From the NCBI GenBank assembly GCA_964106915.2, contig OZ066923.1: 64,000 nucleotides of DNA. One strand, given 5' to 3'. A program made the translations under genes and the position numbers. Every line of letters starts with the position of its first letter. Position 1 is the stretch's first letter. The notes below the pieces were generated by a model. It saw nothing but the letters and a program-made list of their open reading frames with translations. It had not been told where the DNA came from and made no database searches. This document shows positions 63,624 to 64,000 of the stretch, one piece after another. The DNA comes from Podarcis gaigeae. Taxonomy: Eukaryota.

Positions 63624-64000
63624 ACATAGAATCGCTATGATTGATTATACAGAGTACTGTTAATCAAACATGGATTGCTGAGGGTCCTGAATATTATATT
63701 GTGATATTTACTTATATACAGTATTTCTTAGTCATCTTTTTATGTGGGTGGGTGTCATCTCATAATAGGGAATGGAGTGATAGTTGAAAGGATTGGAGGA
63801 AGCAGGAGCTATGCATATAGGTATTCACATAGTGACGTGTAAATCAGAGCCACATTCTCTTTGAATGCATTGTAACATATATTACAACTCAGTCTTGCCA
63901 TTCTCTTCACCTCCATTGGTCTTTCTTCCAGTGTTTTCTGGAGCTAACATTACTGGGGAAGAGGGGGAAGACAGTTTTCTGAAGCCTATGCAAGTTACCA

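Larger units (their letters stand above)
51578..64000 (+). other. GRIN2B: Probable long GRIN2B 3'UTR (distal end not determinable)
   Basis: Follows the stop codon; no further exons and no young SINE/LINE copies seen; AATAAA at 55302, 55758, 57215; mammalian Grin2b is known to have a multi-kb extended 3'UTR. Confidence 0.55.

Noticed and set aside
58000-64000. Possible downstream second gene suggested by 60-130-aa ORFs
   Set aside because: No protein similarity, no consistent splice-phase chain, and amino acid composition typical of random ORFs.

Overview
Vertebrate genomic DNA from a squamate reptile, most likely a lacertid lizard (inferred from Sauria/Squam SINEs, Bov-B and the MITE repertoire). 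The window holds the 3' two-thirds of GRIN2B (NMDA receptor subunit GluN2B) on the + strand. There are nine coding exons, equivalent to human exons 5-13: 14037-14245, 14826-14997, 16160-16313, 17979-18104, 21955-22184, 43724-43884, 46062-46249, 46792-47030 and 49679-51577. All have GT-AG splice sites and compatible phases, and a 156-N gap hides part of the C-terminus. The introns contain many TEs (Sauria SINEs, Squam2/3, Bov-B, L2, Penelope, LTR-like elements, hAT and Tc1/mariner MITEs). The ~12 kb after the stop codon lacks young TEs and is probably a very long 3'UTR. Best leads: (1) Glu->Ala at the ligand-binding-domain dimer-interface position homologous to GluA2 L483; (2) a candidate 27-nt frame-preserving microexon in the 21.5-kb intron; (3) a near-adjacent head-to-head SINE pair forming long dsRNA; (4) a sense-strand Penelope hammerhead-like relic; (5) an unusually divergent S2 exon and an extra N-glycosylation sequon. 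I found no convincing novel gene or system. Comparisons with other species are from recall, not computed alignments.
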